DNA of 64,000 bases from an uncultured delta proteobacterium (GTDB taxonomy: Bacteria > Desulfobacterota > Desulfobacteria > Desulfobacterales > Desulfosalsimonadaceae): positions 64,001 to 128,000 of the forward strand of contig CAWGYD010000006.1 of NCBI GenBank assembly GCA_963826785.1, in the 5' to 3' direction. This document shows, in pieces, positions 9,995 to 20,068 of this stretch. The translations under genes and the position numbers were made by a program. The notes beneath the pieces are model-generated. The model was not told the origin of the DNA and made no database searches. It was given only the letters and a program-made list of their open reading frames with translations. Within the stretch, counting starts at the first letter, position 1, and every line of letters starts with the position of its first letter.

Positions 9995-11845
9995 CTATTC
10001 CTTCAACGGCACGATGGCGTGTTCCGGGCACACCTGGGCGCAGACGCCGCAGCCGGTGCACAGGGATGCATTGATCTGCACCCGGTCATCTTCCACGAAA
10101 AACGCCGGGCAACCCAGGTCATTGATGCAGCTGCGGTGATTGGCGCACCGGTCGCTTACGGTAAAAGGCCTTCCCGTCAGCCGTTTCATGTTCTTGTCCA
10201 TCAGGGTGCAGCTCTGCTTCGCAATCACCACGGAAATACCCGGGTGGGAAATGGCTTCCTTTATGGCCGCGATGCTCTTTTTGACATTGTATGGTTTGAT
10301 GACGCTGACATGGTCCACCCCGATGCCCCGGACCACCGATTCGATGGACACCCGGCCGTAGCCCTCGCAGTTGAAATTGGCCATGTCCACGCCCGGGTGG
10401 GGCTGGTGGCCGGTCATGGCGGTGGTCTGGTTGTCTAAAATCACCAGGGTGAAATCATGATTGTTGAATACGGCGTTGATCAGGCCCGGGATGCCGGAAT
10501 GGAAAAAGGTGGAGTCGCCGATAAAGGAGATCACCTTCTTGTCGATGACCTGGGAAAACCCGCACCCGGTGCCCACGGACGAGCCCATGCAGATGAGAAA
10601 ATCGCCGTTTGAAAGCGGCGGCAGAAATCCCAGGGTGTAACACCCGATATCCGTGGGCCGGATGTTGTCGATCCCCTCCGTGGCCTTGTTCACCGCATAG
10701 AAGGTCGCCCGGTGGGAGCATCCCGCGCACAGGTTGGGCGGCCGCTGGGGCAGTTCGGGAAGGTCCGACAGATCCGGCGTATCCGCCGCCTCGCAGGCAA
10801 TGCCGAAATACCCGGCTATTTTGGTCCGGACCAAGGCAGGGTCGTATTCAAACAGCCGGGAAAAAAGCGTCTCACTCTTTCCGGCAATGGAGCGGGTAAA
10901 TCCGATCTCCTGGGCAAAGGCTTTGACCGCCTCTTCCATGTACGGCTCGCCTTCTTCCACCACCAGGACTTTTTCACACCCATCGAGAAACGATTTGACC
11001 AGACCCGCCGGCATGGGATGGGAAAACCCGATGCGCAGGATTTTGACCTTCTTTTCGATCCCCAGATCCCTTACCGCATCGGCCACGTAATTGTAGCTCA
11101 CCCCGTTGCAGATGATCCCCCAGGCGCCGGTCCCCTCGGTGAAATTGTAGGGGGAATTGACCGCCAGCTGCTCGGCCTCCCCGATCCGCTTGAGCAAACG
11201 GATGTGCAGTTTGCGCGATACGGCGGGCACGGTGACGAAATTGAAGGGATCTTTGGAAAAATCGCCCCGGGTGACGGGCTTTCGCAGGTTTCCGAATTCC
11301 ACGGTGGCCGTGGAATGGTTCAGACGGGTGGTGGTCCGCAAAAACACCGGCTCCTGGAGTTTTTCGGACAGATCGAAAGCATAGCCCATCATCTCCTTGG
11401 CTTCCTGGGCCGAGGACGGCTCCAGGACGGGCAGGCCGGACAATTTGCCATAATAACGGTTGTCCTGCTCGTTCTGACTGGAAAACATATAGGGATCGTC
11501 GGCGGTGAGAATCACCAGACCGCCTTTGACGCCCACATAGGCGAGCGTCATCAGGGCGTCGGCGGCCACATTAACGCCCACGTGCTTCATGATGCACATG
11601 GAGCGCACGCCGGCGTTTGCGGCCGCGGCCGCCACTTCCAGAGCCACTTTTTCGTTGGTGCTGTATTCGAAATACAACTCGCTTTCCCGGCTGATCTGAA
11701 AAAAATTGGCCGATATTTCAGACGAAGGCGTGCCCGGATAAGTGGAAGCAAAGCCGATGCCCGCTTCCAGCGCCCCCCGGACGATGGCTTCATTGCCCAG
11801 CAGAAACATCTTTTTGCCGGGCGCATCATGTAAAAGCTTGTGCAT
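9995..11845 (-). CDS. iorA: Indolepyruvate:ferredoxin oxidoreductase alpha subunit
   Basis: LLGNEAIVRGA, YPGTPSSE, NEKVA, MKHVG, RPPNLCAGC, DIGCY, TPP motif GDSTFFHSG...DN, C-terminal ferredoxin CTGCGVCAQVCP. Confidence 0.96.
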   Translation of the reverse strand: MHKLLHDAPGKKMFLLGNEAIVRGALEAGIGFASTYPGTPSSEISANFFQISRESELYFEYSTNEKVALEVAAAAANAGVRSMCIMKHVGVNVAADALMTLAYVGVKGGLVILTADDPYMFSSQNEQDNRYYGKLSGLPVLEPSSAQEAKEMMGYAFDLSEKLQEPVFLRTTTRLNHSTATVEFGNLRKPVTRGDFSKDPFNFVTVPAVSRKLHIRLLKRIGEAEQLAVNSPYNFTEGTGAWGIICNGVSYNYVADAVRDLGIEKKVKILRIGFSHPMPAGLVKSFLDGCEKVLVVEEGEPYMEEAVKAFAQEIGFTRSIAGKSETLFSRLFEYDPALVRTKIAGYFGIACEAADTPDLSDLPELPQRPPNLCAGCSHRATFYAVNKATEGIDNIRPTDIGCYTLGFLPPLSNGDFLICMGSSVGTGCGFSQVIDKKVISFIGDSTFFHSGIPGLINAVFNNHDFTLVILDNQTTAMTGHQPHPGVDMANFNCEGYGRVSIESVVRGIGVDHVSVIKPYNVKKSIAAIKEAISHPGISVVIAKQSCTLMDKNMKRLTGRPFTVSDRCANHRSCINDLGCPAFFVEDDRVQINASLCTGCGVCAQVCPEHAIVPLKE

Positions 11846-12264
11846 GTCTATTCCTTACAAATAGGGGTTACCCGAAAATCCGCACCTTGCGTTCAGGTAA
11901 GCCAAGGTGTCTCAAATGGCGGCGATCCGCCGCTTTTTGCGATTAAAACGCCAATATACCAGCCATTCCCGATGTGTAAAGTCTTTTCTATTTTTACCCG
12001 GCATTTCGCCCGGGGAAGCCTTTTTTGATCTTCATTGAAAAAGCTTCATGTTTTTCAATGTCATCGTTTCTGTATTTCAGCAGTCGCACGTATGTTTGGG
12101 GAAAAAGGTCTTTACAACCCGGACGACAAGGGATATAGTATAAAATATAGTTATTTACAAAGCCCGCATCGACCATGGTGCAATTTACGATTGGCGATGC
12201 TCATTTTTTTTTCATTTGCGGTGCGCACACCGCATTTTTTTTTAAAGGAAATATATCGAGTCAT

Positions 12265-12885
12265 ATGGAACCTTACGCCACGATCGTCATCGCCTCCCGG
12301 AATGCGGGGAAAACCAGGGAAATCAGGGAGCTTTTGGAAGGATTTCCGGTGGAAATCAAAAATCTGGATGATTTCGGACCCATTCCGGAAGTGGAAGAAG
12401 ACGGCAGCACCTTTGATGAAAATGCCTACAAAAAATCGAGCTTTACCGCGCGAGTTCTCGGATACCCGGCCCTTTCCGATGATTCGGGACTCTGCGTGGA
12501 CGCACTGGGCGGTGCGCCCGGCGTCCATTCGGCGCGGTTTGCGGGCGAAAACGCCTCAGACGATGAAAAATGCATCCGACTGCTTGAAAAACTGAAAGGG
12601 GCCCCGAACCGCAGCGCCGCTTTTGAGTGCGTCATCTCCCTGGCCGTGCCTTCCGGTGCGGCCCTGACCTATGACGGCCGATGCGACGGCATCATCACCG
12701 AAGAACCGCGGGGCGAGAATGGCTTCGGTTACGACCCCGTGTTTTTCTATCCCCCCATGGACAAGACATTTGCGCAGCTGACCCGTGAGGAAAAAAGCCG
12801 CGTCAGCCATCGCGGCAAAGCCCTGCGGGAGCTGCGGAACGAATTTGAAAAGGTGCTGGAATGGATCCGGCAGCAGATGGAATAG
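12265..12885 (+). CDS. rdgB: XTP/dITP diphosphatase (Ham1 family)
   Basis: ASRNAGK, E-DGSTFDENA, DDSGL, PGVHSARF, GFGYDPVF, SHRGKAL. Start reassigned to ATG 12265. Confidence 0.95.
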   Translation: MEPYATIVIASRNAGKTREIRELLEGFPVEIKNLDDFGPIPEVEEDGSTFDENAYKKSSFTARVLGYPALSDDSGLCVDALGGAPGVHSARFAGENASDDEKCIRLLEKLKGAPNRSAAFECVISLAVPSGAALTYDGRCDGIITEEPRGENGFGYDPVFFYPPMDKTFAQLTREEKSRVSHRGKALRELRNEFEKVLEWIRQQME

Positions 12886-12922
12886 AAGAAAAGTCAGGCG
12901 TCAGGAATCAAAAGGAGCCGCC

Positions 12923-13504
12923 ATGATCGAGGATTTAGTCAAAAGGACCCGGAGCTGCCGGCGATTTAACCAGGACCGGCCCGTTTCGATGGAAATGCTG
13001 GAGTACCTGGTCAACCTGGGCCGCCTGTCCGGGTCGGCCGCCAACCGCCAGCCGCTGAGATACGTCATTTCCTGTGATCGAAAGGTCAATGCGGAAATTT
13101 TTGCCTGCCTGGCCTGGGCCGCCTACCTGAAGGACTGGAAGGGGCCTTCGGAAGGACAACGCCCCGCGGCCTACATCGTCATGCTGGGAGATACCGGGAT
13201 TACCAGCCAGTTCTGGTGCGACGACGGCATCGCCGGACAGAGCATTCTATTGGGGGCGCGGGAGAAGGGAATCGCCGGGTGCATGATCGGCGCCATCCAA
13301 CATGACAGGCTCAAAAAAGTGCTTAGTATTGAAGACAGATATAAGATCATGCTGGTTATCGCACTGGGCGAACCGGCGGAGGAAGTGGTGATCGAAACCG
13401 TTGCCGAAGGCGGAGATATCCGGTACTGGCGGGATGAACAAGGCGTTCACCACGTTCCGAAGCGGCCGATGTCCGAAGTGATCATCGGCAGATATACGGG
13501 ATAG
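12923..13504 (+). CDS. Nitroreductase family protein
   Basis: RSCRRF, SAANRQP, DDGIAGQSILLGA; AGGAG RBS before ATG 12923. Confidence 0.9.
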   Translation: MIEDLVKRTRSCRRFNQDRPVSMEMLEYLVNLGRLSGSAANRQPLRYVISCDRKVNAEIFACLAWAAYLKDWKGPSEGQRPAAYIVMLGDTGITSQFWCDDGIAGQSILLGAREKGIAGCMIGAIQHDRLKKVLSIEDRYKIMLVIALGEPAEEVVIETVAEGGDIRYWRDEQGVHHVPKRPMSEVIIGRYTG

Positions 13505-13545
13505 GATTATGAAACGGCCCTAAATTCTAAAATGGGGAGAGGGAT

Positions 13546-15189
13546 ATGAAGCTCCAAGCCGAACTCAGAAAAATCAGAAACACGCAGTACAATGTGTACA
13601 ATAACCTGAAACGATCGGATTTGATCCGGCAGGTGGTCCAGTTCAATGAAGCCATCCTCACCAGAAACGGCGCCCTTTCCACGTGGACCCCGGCGGATTC
13701 CACCGGTCGCTCACCCAAGGACACGCTGATTGTCAAGCGCCCTGAATCCGAGATATTCATCGACTGGAGTTCGCCCAACAACCTGCCCCTCGACCCGGAA
13801 ACATTCGACATGCTGCTGGCCGATGCACTTGCCTGCATCCGGAAAAAGGACCGGCTCTATTTTACCGACCGGGTGGTGGGCGCAGACCCGGCATTCGCCG
13901 TTCCGGTGAGAACCATCACCGACCGTGCGCTCACCAGCCTGTTCACCAAGAACATGTTTCGCCCCATCCCCGAAAATATCGATTCCAGCGTATTTATCGA
14001 AAACGACTTCACGCTGATCGTGCTCCCCTATGACAAGCTGGACAAGAAAAAATACGAAGGCCGCCTGCGCAAGACCGAAAACGGCGAGACCACCGACATG
14101 GTCATCGCCATGGATTTCGTGCGAAAAGTCGGGCTGGTTTACGGTTCGGCCTATTGCGGCAGCGTAAAGAAGCTCATGTTCACGGTCATGAACTACTACC
14201 TGCCTTTTGAGAAGATCCTGCCGCTGCACTGTTCGGCCAATGAGGGATCGGCCGGTGACGTTACCCTGTTTCTGGGGCTTTCCGGAACCGGCAAGACCAC
14301 GCTTTCCGCCGACCCGCACCGGGCCCTGATCGGGGATGACGAGCACGGCTGGAGCGACAACGGCATCGCCAACTTCGAATATGGATGCTATGCCAAGCTG
14401 ATCGATCTGGACCCCAACAATGAGCCGGAAATCTTCCATGCCGTCTTCCAGGAACGCGAGTATCTCAATCACGGCGCCATTATCGAAAACTGTATGACCT
14501 ATCCCGACGGCAGCGTGGACCTGTCGGACGACAGACTGACCCCCAACAGCCGGGCATCCTATCCCCTGTCCTTTTTGCAGAACATCAAAAAAGAGGCCAA
14601 GGGGGGGCACCCCAATACCATCATTTTTCTGACGGCGGACGCCAACGGCGTACTCCCCCCGGTGGCCCGTCTGAATCCGGAACAGGCTATGTTCTGGTTC
14701 CTGATGGGATACACCAGCAAGCTGGCCGGCACCGAAACCGGCGTGGTCACCCCGGTGTCCACTTTTTCGCGCTTCTTCGGCCAGCCGTTCATGCCCAAGA
14801 ATCCGGGCAACTATTCCTCCCTGCTGGGACAGAAAATGAAGCAGCACAACACCCGGGTCTACCTCATCAACACCGGGTGGAGCGGCGGACCGTTCGGCGA
14901 GGGCCGCCGGCTCGCCATCAAGAATACCCGGGCCATGGTGGACGCCGCCATCGCCGGCAAGTTCGAGGGGATCGAGCACACCCGGGACGACCTGTTTCAC
15001 CTCGATGTCCCCCATTCCTGCCCGGGCGTTCCCGACGAAATCCTGCAGCCGAAGAACACCTGGGACAACAAAAGCGCCTTCGATGACCGGGCAAGGGCGC
15101 TGAGCCATGAATTCTGCGACAGCTTCACCAAGAACTACAAGGACAGCGATATCGATGAGTCCGTCGCTTCCCAGTGCCCCGGGATGTAA
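13546..15189 (+). CDS. pckA: Phosphoenolpyruvate carboxykinase (ATP)
   Basis: TGRSPKD, LHCSAN, GLSGTGKTTLS, LIGDDEHGW, EYGCYAK, GYTSKLAGTE, NTGWSGG. Confidence 0.97.
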   Translation: MKLQAELRKIRNTQYNVYNNLKRSDLIRQVVQFNEAILTRNGALSTWTPADSTGRSPKDTLIVKRPESEIFIDWSSPNNLPLDPETFDMLLADALACIRKKDRLYFTDRVVGADPAFAVPVRTITDRALTSLFTKNMFRPIPENIDSSVFIENDFTLIVLPYDKLDKKKYEGRLRKTENGETTDMVIAMDFVRKVGLVYGSAYCGSVKKLMFTVMNYYLPFEKILPLHCSANEGSAGDVTLFLGLSGTGKTTLSADPHRALIGDDEHGWSDNGIANFEYGCYAKLIDLDPNNEPEIFHAVFQEREYLNHGAIIENCMTYPDGSVDLSDDRLTPNSRASYPLSFLQNIKKEAKGGHPNTIIFLTADANGVLPPVARLNPEQAMFWFLMGYTSKLAGTETGVVTPVSTFSRFFGQPFMPKNPGNYSSLLGQKMKQHNTRVYLINTGWSGGPFGEGRRLAIKNTRAMVDAAIAGKFEGIEHTRDDLFHLDVPHSCPGVPDEILQPKNTWDNKSAFDDRARALSHEFCDSFTKNYKDSDIDESVASQCPGM

Positions 15190-15213
15190 GATTTTACGAT
15201 ATTGATGTGCAGC

Positions 15214-15255
15214 AAAAGCCCCTGTGCGGTGAAAACACCCGCACAGGGGCTTTTT
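15214..15255 (+). terminator. Rho-independent terminator after pckA
   Basis: AAAAGCCCCTGTGCGG...CCGCACAGGGGCTTTTT, a long perfect stem with a T-tract. Confidence 0.9.
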
Positions 15256-15463
15256 CATTCGGCCTTTCCCCCGCCTCAATACCCCATGATCCCATTCCCA
15301 TCCCGGTCGCCCCACTTCCCCCGAACAGGCAGATGAACACCCCGTATTGCAGCAGCAAAATACAATATGCACCTTATCGACTGTCCTCTTGACAAAATTT
15401 ATCATGTGTCCAGATGCGCCGCATCGGATTTGATACGAATTTACATTGGAAAGCGGATCGAAA

Positions 15464-16522
15464 ATGGCGATAAAAGGGGAAATCCAGAGTTATGGCGAAT
15501 TCAGCAAACGCGTGCTCATCGCGATGGCGATTGCCATATCCATGGTGGGGGTCATGGCCCTTTTATGGTACACGGTGCGCGTTCTGGAACTGATCTTTTT
15601 TGCCATTCTGGGGGCAGCTTTTCTAAGAGGGATCGGCGGTTGGGTGACGAGTTGGTCCAAGCTTCCCCACAGTGTTGCCATTGCACTGGTCCTATGCTTC
15701 ATTTTTGCATTGATCGGCATAGCGGTCTGGCTTCTGTCCCCCCACGTCCAGGAGCAGGTCAATAAAATGCAGCAGGAACTGCCCCGCGCCATCGATGAGA
15801 TCAACAGGTTCATCCGGACGTATGCGGACGGGTTGGCCGGACAGGAAAACCCGGAAAAAAAACTGCTGGGAAACGTCGGGGAGGCCGCCGGCAAAGTGGG
15901 AAAGGTTTTTTCGATTACACTGGAACTGGTGGAGGATTTCGTTATCTTCTTTTTCCTGATGCTGTACCTGGCCTTTACCCCGGAGACTTACATCCGGGGG
16001 ATTGTCCTGCTGTTTCCGGTCGACCGCCGCCAATCCGCCGCCGCAATCATTGAAGATCTGGGCTCCACCCTGAAATGGTGGCTGATCGGAAGATTTTCCA
16101 CCATGACCATAGTGGGCGTCTTGAGCGGCATCGGGCTGTGGCTGCTGGGCATACCGCTTGCCCTGACGCTGGGCATTCTCGCCGGACTGCTCACGTTTAT
16201 CCCCTATATCGGCGCGATTATCTCCGGCATTCCCGCAATTTTGATCGCCCTGCTCATCAGTCCCACGTACGCCACTTACGTCATCCTTCTTTATACCGCC
16301 ATCCATGCGGTGGAAGGATATATTCTGGCCCCGCTCATCCAGGAACGCACCGTTTTTGTCCCCCCCATGCTCCTGTTGTCCATGCTCACCGCAATGACCA
16401 TTCTTATCGGCATCCCGGGCCTGGTCATTGCCACACCGCTGACCGCCGTCTCCCTGGTATTGATCAAGAAGATCTATATCGAAGGAATACTGGGCGATCA
16501 CTCCGTGCTGCAATCAGAATGA
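15464..16522 (+). CDS. AI-2E (PerM) family transporter
   Basis: Multi-TM protein; FIPYIG, EGYILAPLI, GLVIATPLTA motifs. Confidence 0.9.
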   Translation: MAIKGEIQSYGEFSKRVLIAMAIAISMVGVMALLWYTVRVLELIFFAILGAAFLRGIGGWVTSWSKLPHSVAIALVLCFIFALIGIAVWLLSPHVQEQVNKMQQELPRAIDEINRFIRTYADGLAGQENPEKKLLGNVGEAAGKVGKVFSITLELVEDFVIFFFLMLYLAFTPETYIRGIVLLFPVDRRQSAAAIIEDLGSTLKWWLIGRFSTMTIVGVLSGIGLWLLGIPLALTLGILAGLLTFIPYIGAIISGIPAILIALLISPTYATYVILLYTAIHAVEGYILAPLIQERTVFVPPMLLLSMLTAMTILIGIPGLVIATPLTAVSLVLIKKIYIEGILGDHSVLQSE

Positions 16523-16997
16523 GACCGGCGTCTTTCGGCCGGAAGCAATAGGGCCGGCAAGCAGCCTTTTGCCCTTCCATCTTTTTAAATCATCATCTCC
16601 TCAAAAACGGCAGCTTCTGATTATCGGCGAAGGTTGGCTGTCTCGCCGAGAAGACCCCAATACCAACCGCTTCGGACGCAAAGAAAAAGACTTGAAGTCC
16701 GTATGTTAAGCTGATATAAAAAGTACCACAATGTGGTAGCTGTACACATGCCCGATTTTGGATGCCCAACTCTTACCAAAGGCCACTGAACTGAACCGGA
16801 ATCGCCCCCCCGCCTCAAACTTCCTCAGCCCGATGACAAATGTGAGGACGACAACACATGTCCGGAACACATTGAACTTACAGCCTGGTTGCGCATCTCC
16901 ATGTGATGCATACCTTCGATATGAAGCCATGATCCCGTTTTCGTGGCCTGTTCGTGATGAAACATGCACGTAATTCCAAAAACAAGCAGGAGGTCTT

Positions 16998-18224
16998 ATG
17001 CGAAATATCGTCATTCTCGGCGCCGGCGCCGGCGGAACCATTGTTGCCAACCAGCTGCGCCGTGAGCTGGACGACAGCGAATTTCGGATCATTATCATCG
17101 ACAAGGACGAACAGCACCACTACCAGCCCGGGTACCTGTTCATTCCATTTGGCATTTACGGCAAGCAGGATGTTCTGCGGCCAAAACGCGAATTCATCCC
17201 AAAAGACGTTGATTTTGTGATCGACACGGTGACCCGGGTCGATCCGGAAAAGCGGCAGGTGACCACTCAAAGAGGCAGTTATGATTACGACTGGCTGGTG
17301 ATCAGCACGGGATGCCGGATCGCGCCGGAAGAGGTCGATGGCCTGCCCGAAACCTGGCAGGAAACCGCCTTTGATTTTTATACCCTGGAAGGGGCCCTCA
17401 ATTTGCGCCGGCAGCTCAAGTATTTCGATTCCGGCAGATTGGTGCTAAATATTGCCGATACACCTTATAAATGCCCCATCGCCCCCATCGAGTTCGTGTT
17501 CATGGCCGATGCGTTCTTCACCCGAAACGGCGTCCGGGACAAGGTGGAGATCGAAATGGTCACCCCGCTGGACGGCATTTTTACCAAACCGGTGGCCACC
17601 CGGGAGCTGACCCAGATGGCGGTGCAAAAAAACATCAAGCTGCGAACCCACTTCACCCTGGCGGAGGTTGACGGCAAAAACAAGACCATCATTTCGGCCA
17701 AAGGCGAGGAGGTGGGCTACGACCTGCTGGTCTCCATTCCGCCGAACATGGGAGACAACAGCCTGCTCGAATCCGAGCTGTCCGATCCCATGGGGTTCAT
17801 GCGGACCGACAGATACAGCCTGAAATCCCTGGATTTTGATCGGGTTTACATTCTGGGCGACGCCACCAATGTGCCGACCTCCAAGGCCGGTTCAGTGGCC
17901 CATTATGAATCCTATACCGTTACGGAAAATATTCTGCGCGAGATTGACGGTCAGGAGCCGAAGGGAACCTTTGACGGCCATGCCACCTGTTTTCTGGCCA
18001 CGGGGTATGAAAAGGCCACCTTGCTCGATTTCAGCTACACCGTCGAGCCATTGCCGGGCAAGTTCCCCCTGCCGGGCCTGGGGCCATTCAATCTCCTCAG
18101 TGAAAGCCTGGCCAATTACTGGGGCAAAATGCTTTTCCGTTGGGTTTACTGGAATCTGATGATGCCCGGCCATGAACTGCCGCTGGAACCGCAGATGAAT
18201 CTGGCCGGTAAAACCCGGCAGTAG
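16998..18224 (+). CDS. sqr: Sulfide:quinone oxidoreductase-like FAD-dependent oxidoreductase (type III-like)
   Basis: GAGAGG, HHYQPG, KCPIAP, GDATNVPTSKAGS, DGHATC; AGGAGG RBS; followed by a DUF1641 gene. Confidence 0.75.
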   Translation: MRNIVILGAGAGGTIVANQLRRELDDSEFRIIIIDKDEQHHYQPGYLFIPFGIYGKQDVLRPKREFIPKDVDFVIDTVTRVDPEKRQVTTQRGSYDYDWLVISTGCRIAPEEVDGLPETWQETAFDFYTLEGALNLRRQLKYFDSGRLVLNIADTPYKCPIAPIEFVFMADAFFTRNGVRDKVEIEMVTPLDGIFTKPVATRELTQMAVQKNIKLRTHFTLAEVDGKNKTIISAKGEEVGYDLLVSIPPNMGDNSLLESELSDPMGFMRTDRYSLKSLDFDRVYILGDATNVPTSKAGSVAHYESYTVTENILREIDGQEPKGTFDGHATCFLATGYEKATLLDFSYTVEPLPGKFPLPGLGPFNLLSESLANYWGKMLFRWVYWNLMMPGHELPLEPQMNLAGKTRQ

Positions 18225-18256
18225 AAGAATCGGTTGTTTAAAGGAGGAAAGTCCGT

Positions 18257-18922
18257 ATGCCAACCATGGAAGATATTGATGCGCGCCTGGAGCGCATAGA
18301 GGAAATGCTTCTGCCGCTGAGCCGTTCGGCCAGGGCGGCAAACGAACTCAAGCATGAACTGGAGCCGCGGGTCAACGAAGCCGTCAAAGCCATTACCATC
18401 GAACTTGCCGAACTCGAGCCGTATTTTCAAAGTGAGGATCTGGTTCTTTTGATCAAGCAGATGGCGATGAGCGTCCGGCATTTGACCTACGCTTTAGGGA
18501 TGATGAACAAGGGGATCGATTTTATAGATGTGAGTGAGCCGTTGCTGCGCGACAGCATGCGCCAGCTGATCGAAACGCTTGACCGGCTGGAAAGAAACGG
18601 GGTGTTTGCGCTTGGCAGAAGCCTTCTTCAGGTGGCCGAAGAATTCGCGAAGCACCACAGCGAAGAAGAGATTGACGGGCTGCAAAAAACCATGCTGGGG
18701 CTCATGAAGGCGGGCGTAAAGCTTTCCGGCGATCGCTCCCTCCAGAATATCGAAAAACTGGCTCAGATTCCGGGCCTGCTGGAACTCGATGGCGTGCAGA
18801 AAGCCGGCTTCCTGGATCTGTTTAAAGCCCTGCGGGAAGACCGTGTCAAGCAGGGGCTTGGGGCGCTTCTCAACCTGATGCGCGCATTGGGGGCGGCGGT
18901 GGAAGCGGGCCAGGCCCGATAA
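18257..18922 (+). CDS. DUF1641-domain helical protein
   Basis: All-helical; C-terminal GFLDLFKALREDRVKQGLGALLNLMRALG; position after an sqr-like gene is typical. Confidence 0.75.
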   Translation: MPTMEDIDARLERIEEMLLPLSRSARAANELKHELEPRVNEAVKAITIELAELEPYFQSEDLVLLIKQMAMSVRHLTYALGMMNKGIDFIDVSEPLLRDSMRQLIETLDRLERNGVFALGRSLLQVAEEFAKHHSEEEIDGLQKTMLGLMKAGVKLSGDRSLQNIEKLAQIPGLLELDGVQKAGFLDLFKALREDRVKQGLGALLNLMRALGAAVEAGQAR

Positions 18923-18940
18923 TGACAGCGGCTCGGGTAT

Positions 18941-19754
18941 TTAAGCCATTCCGGCCTGACATTTCGTCTGCCCATGTGCGGCTATATATTGGTGATCAAA
19001 GGCCACACCGATTTCCCGGGCGGCCAGGCGTGCGATTTTGCCCTGGGCCCGGATATATCTTCCCATCCGGGGGTGTTTAAAATTCAGCGTGACCGGGTCG
19101 CCGGGCGCGTATTTATGCATTCCCGCCTTTTCCGTACGGATGGAGATGCCGCTGTCGCTGATGTTGTGGGTAAACTCGCACTGAAGAAATCCTTTTACGG
19201 AAAAATGGACAGGCGTCATGTAATCTGTGCGCGCAAAGCGCCTTCGGGAACTCCCCGAGACTTGATTTGCAGATGCCCAGCAGCCGGCATCGCTCAGCCA
19301 GGGACATCTTCATGATCATATCGATCAGCTTCTTGGTGACCCCACCGGAATTTTTGCCGGCAGGATGATCCGGATGGGGGGAGTTGGCCTGCAGCAATTG
19401 CAGCTTTTCGCCATCCGGCATATTCATTACCGCCTGGATCAGCTCCCGGGTGACCTGTGAAATATTGATGTTCTGCAAAGCGCGCGGGCGTGGGGATTTA
19501 GAAGATCCGCCAGTGCCCGGTTCGGCAGTCTTTAACGGAAGCGAAAATGTCTTTGTTTCCGGTCCGGTGTCTGTACCTGCAGGTTGAAATGCACGGGTTT
19601 CCCGGAACAGAACAAAAGGTTTGCCACCATTACAAAAATCGTTTCCGCCCCCCGCATCCATTTCCGGGATCAGCAATTGCCGATTTTCCCCCATAAACAG
19701 CATCAGCCCGACGGCCGCCCCCACCAACAGGATAAACAGAATTATCAACAACAT
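18941..19754 (-). pseudogene. Membrane-anchored PilZ-domain protein, frameshifted (pseudogene or sequencing error)
   Basis: ORF 19113-19754 and ORF 18941-19219 join if 1 nt is removed near 19253-19256, restoring SSRRRFARTDY...NISDSG (RxxxR and D/NxSxxG). Confidence 0.75.
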
Positions 19755-20068
19755 GACAGCACCCCTGCAAGAACATTTCAGATACAGATAAATGGAAGCT
19801 GGTCAGCAGCCCGCCCACACCAGAAAAAACGGCTGCCCAAAATCCATTTAAAAACCCCGTTCAATTTTTCATCGACGCCTGGGTTTCACCAGATCATAAT
19901 ATCAGATCCTCTGCATCAAATTTAAATATCCATTTCCTTTGCAAAATAAGTTTATTTGATGCGGATTGTCAAATTTTGAAACGCAAAAAAAAATCTCTCT
20001 TTACGGCCATTAAATGCTATACATTTTGTTTTTAAACAACCCGTCACATCCCAGACAGCTTTGAATCG

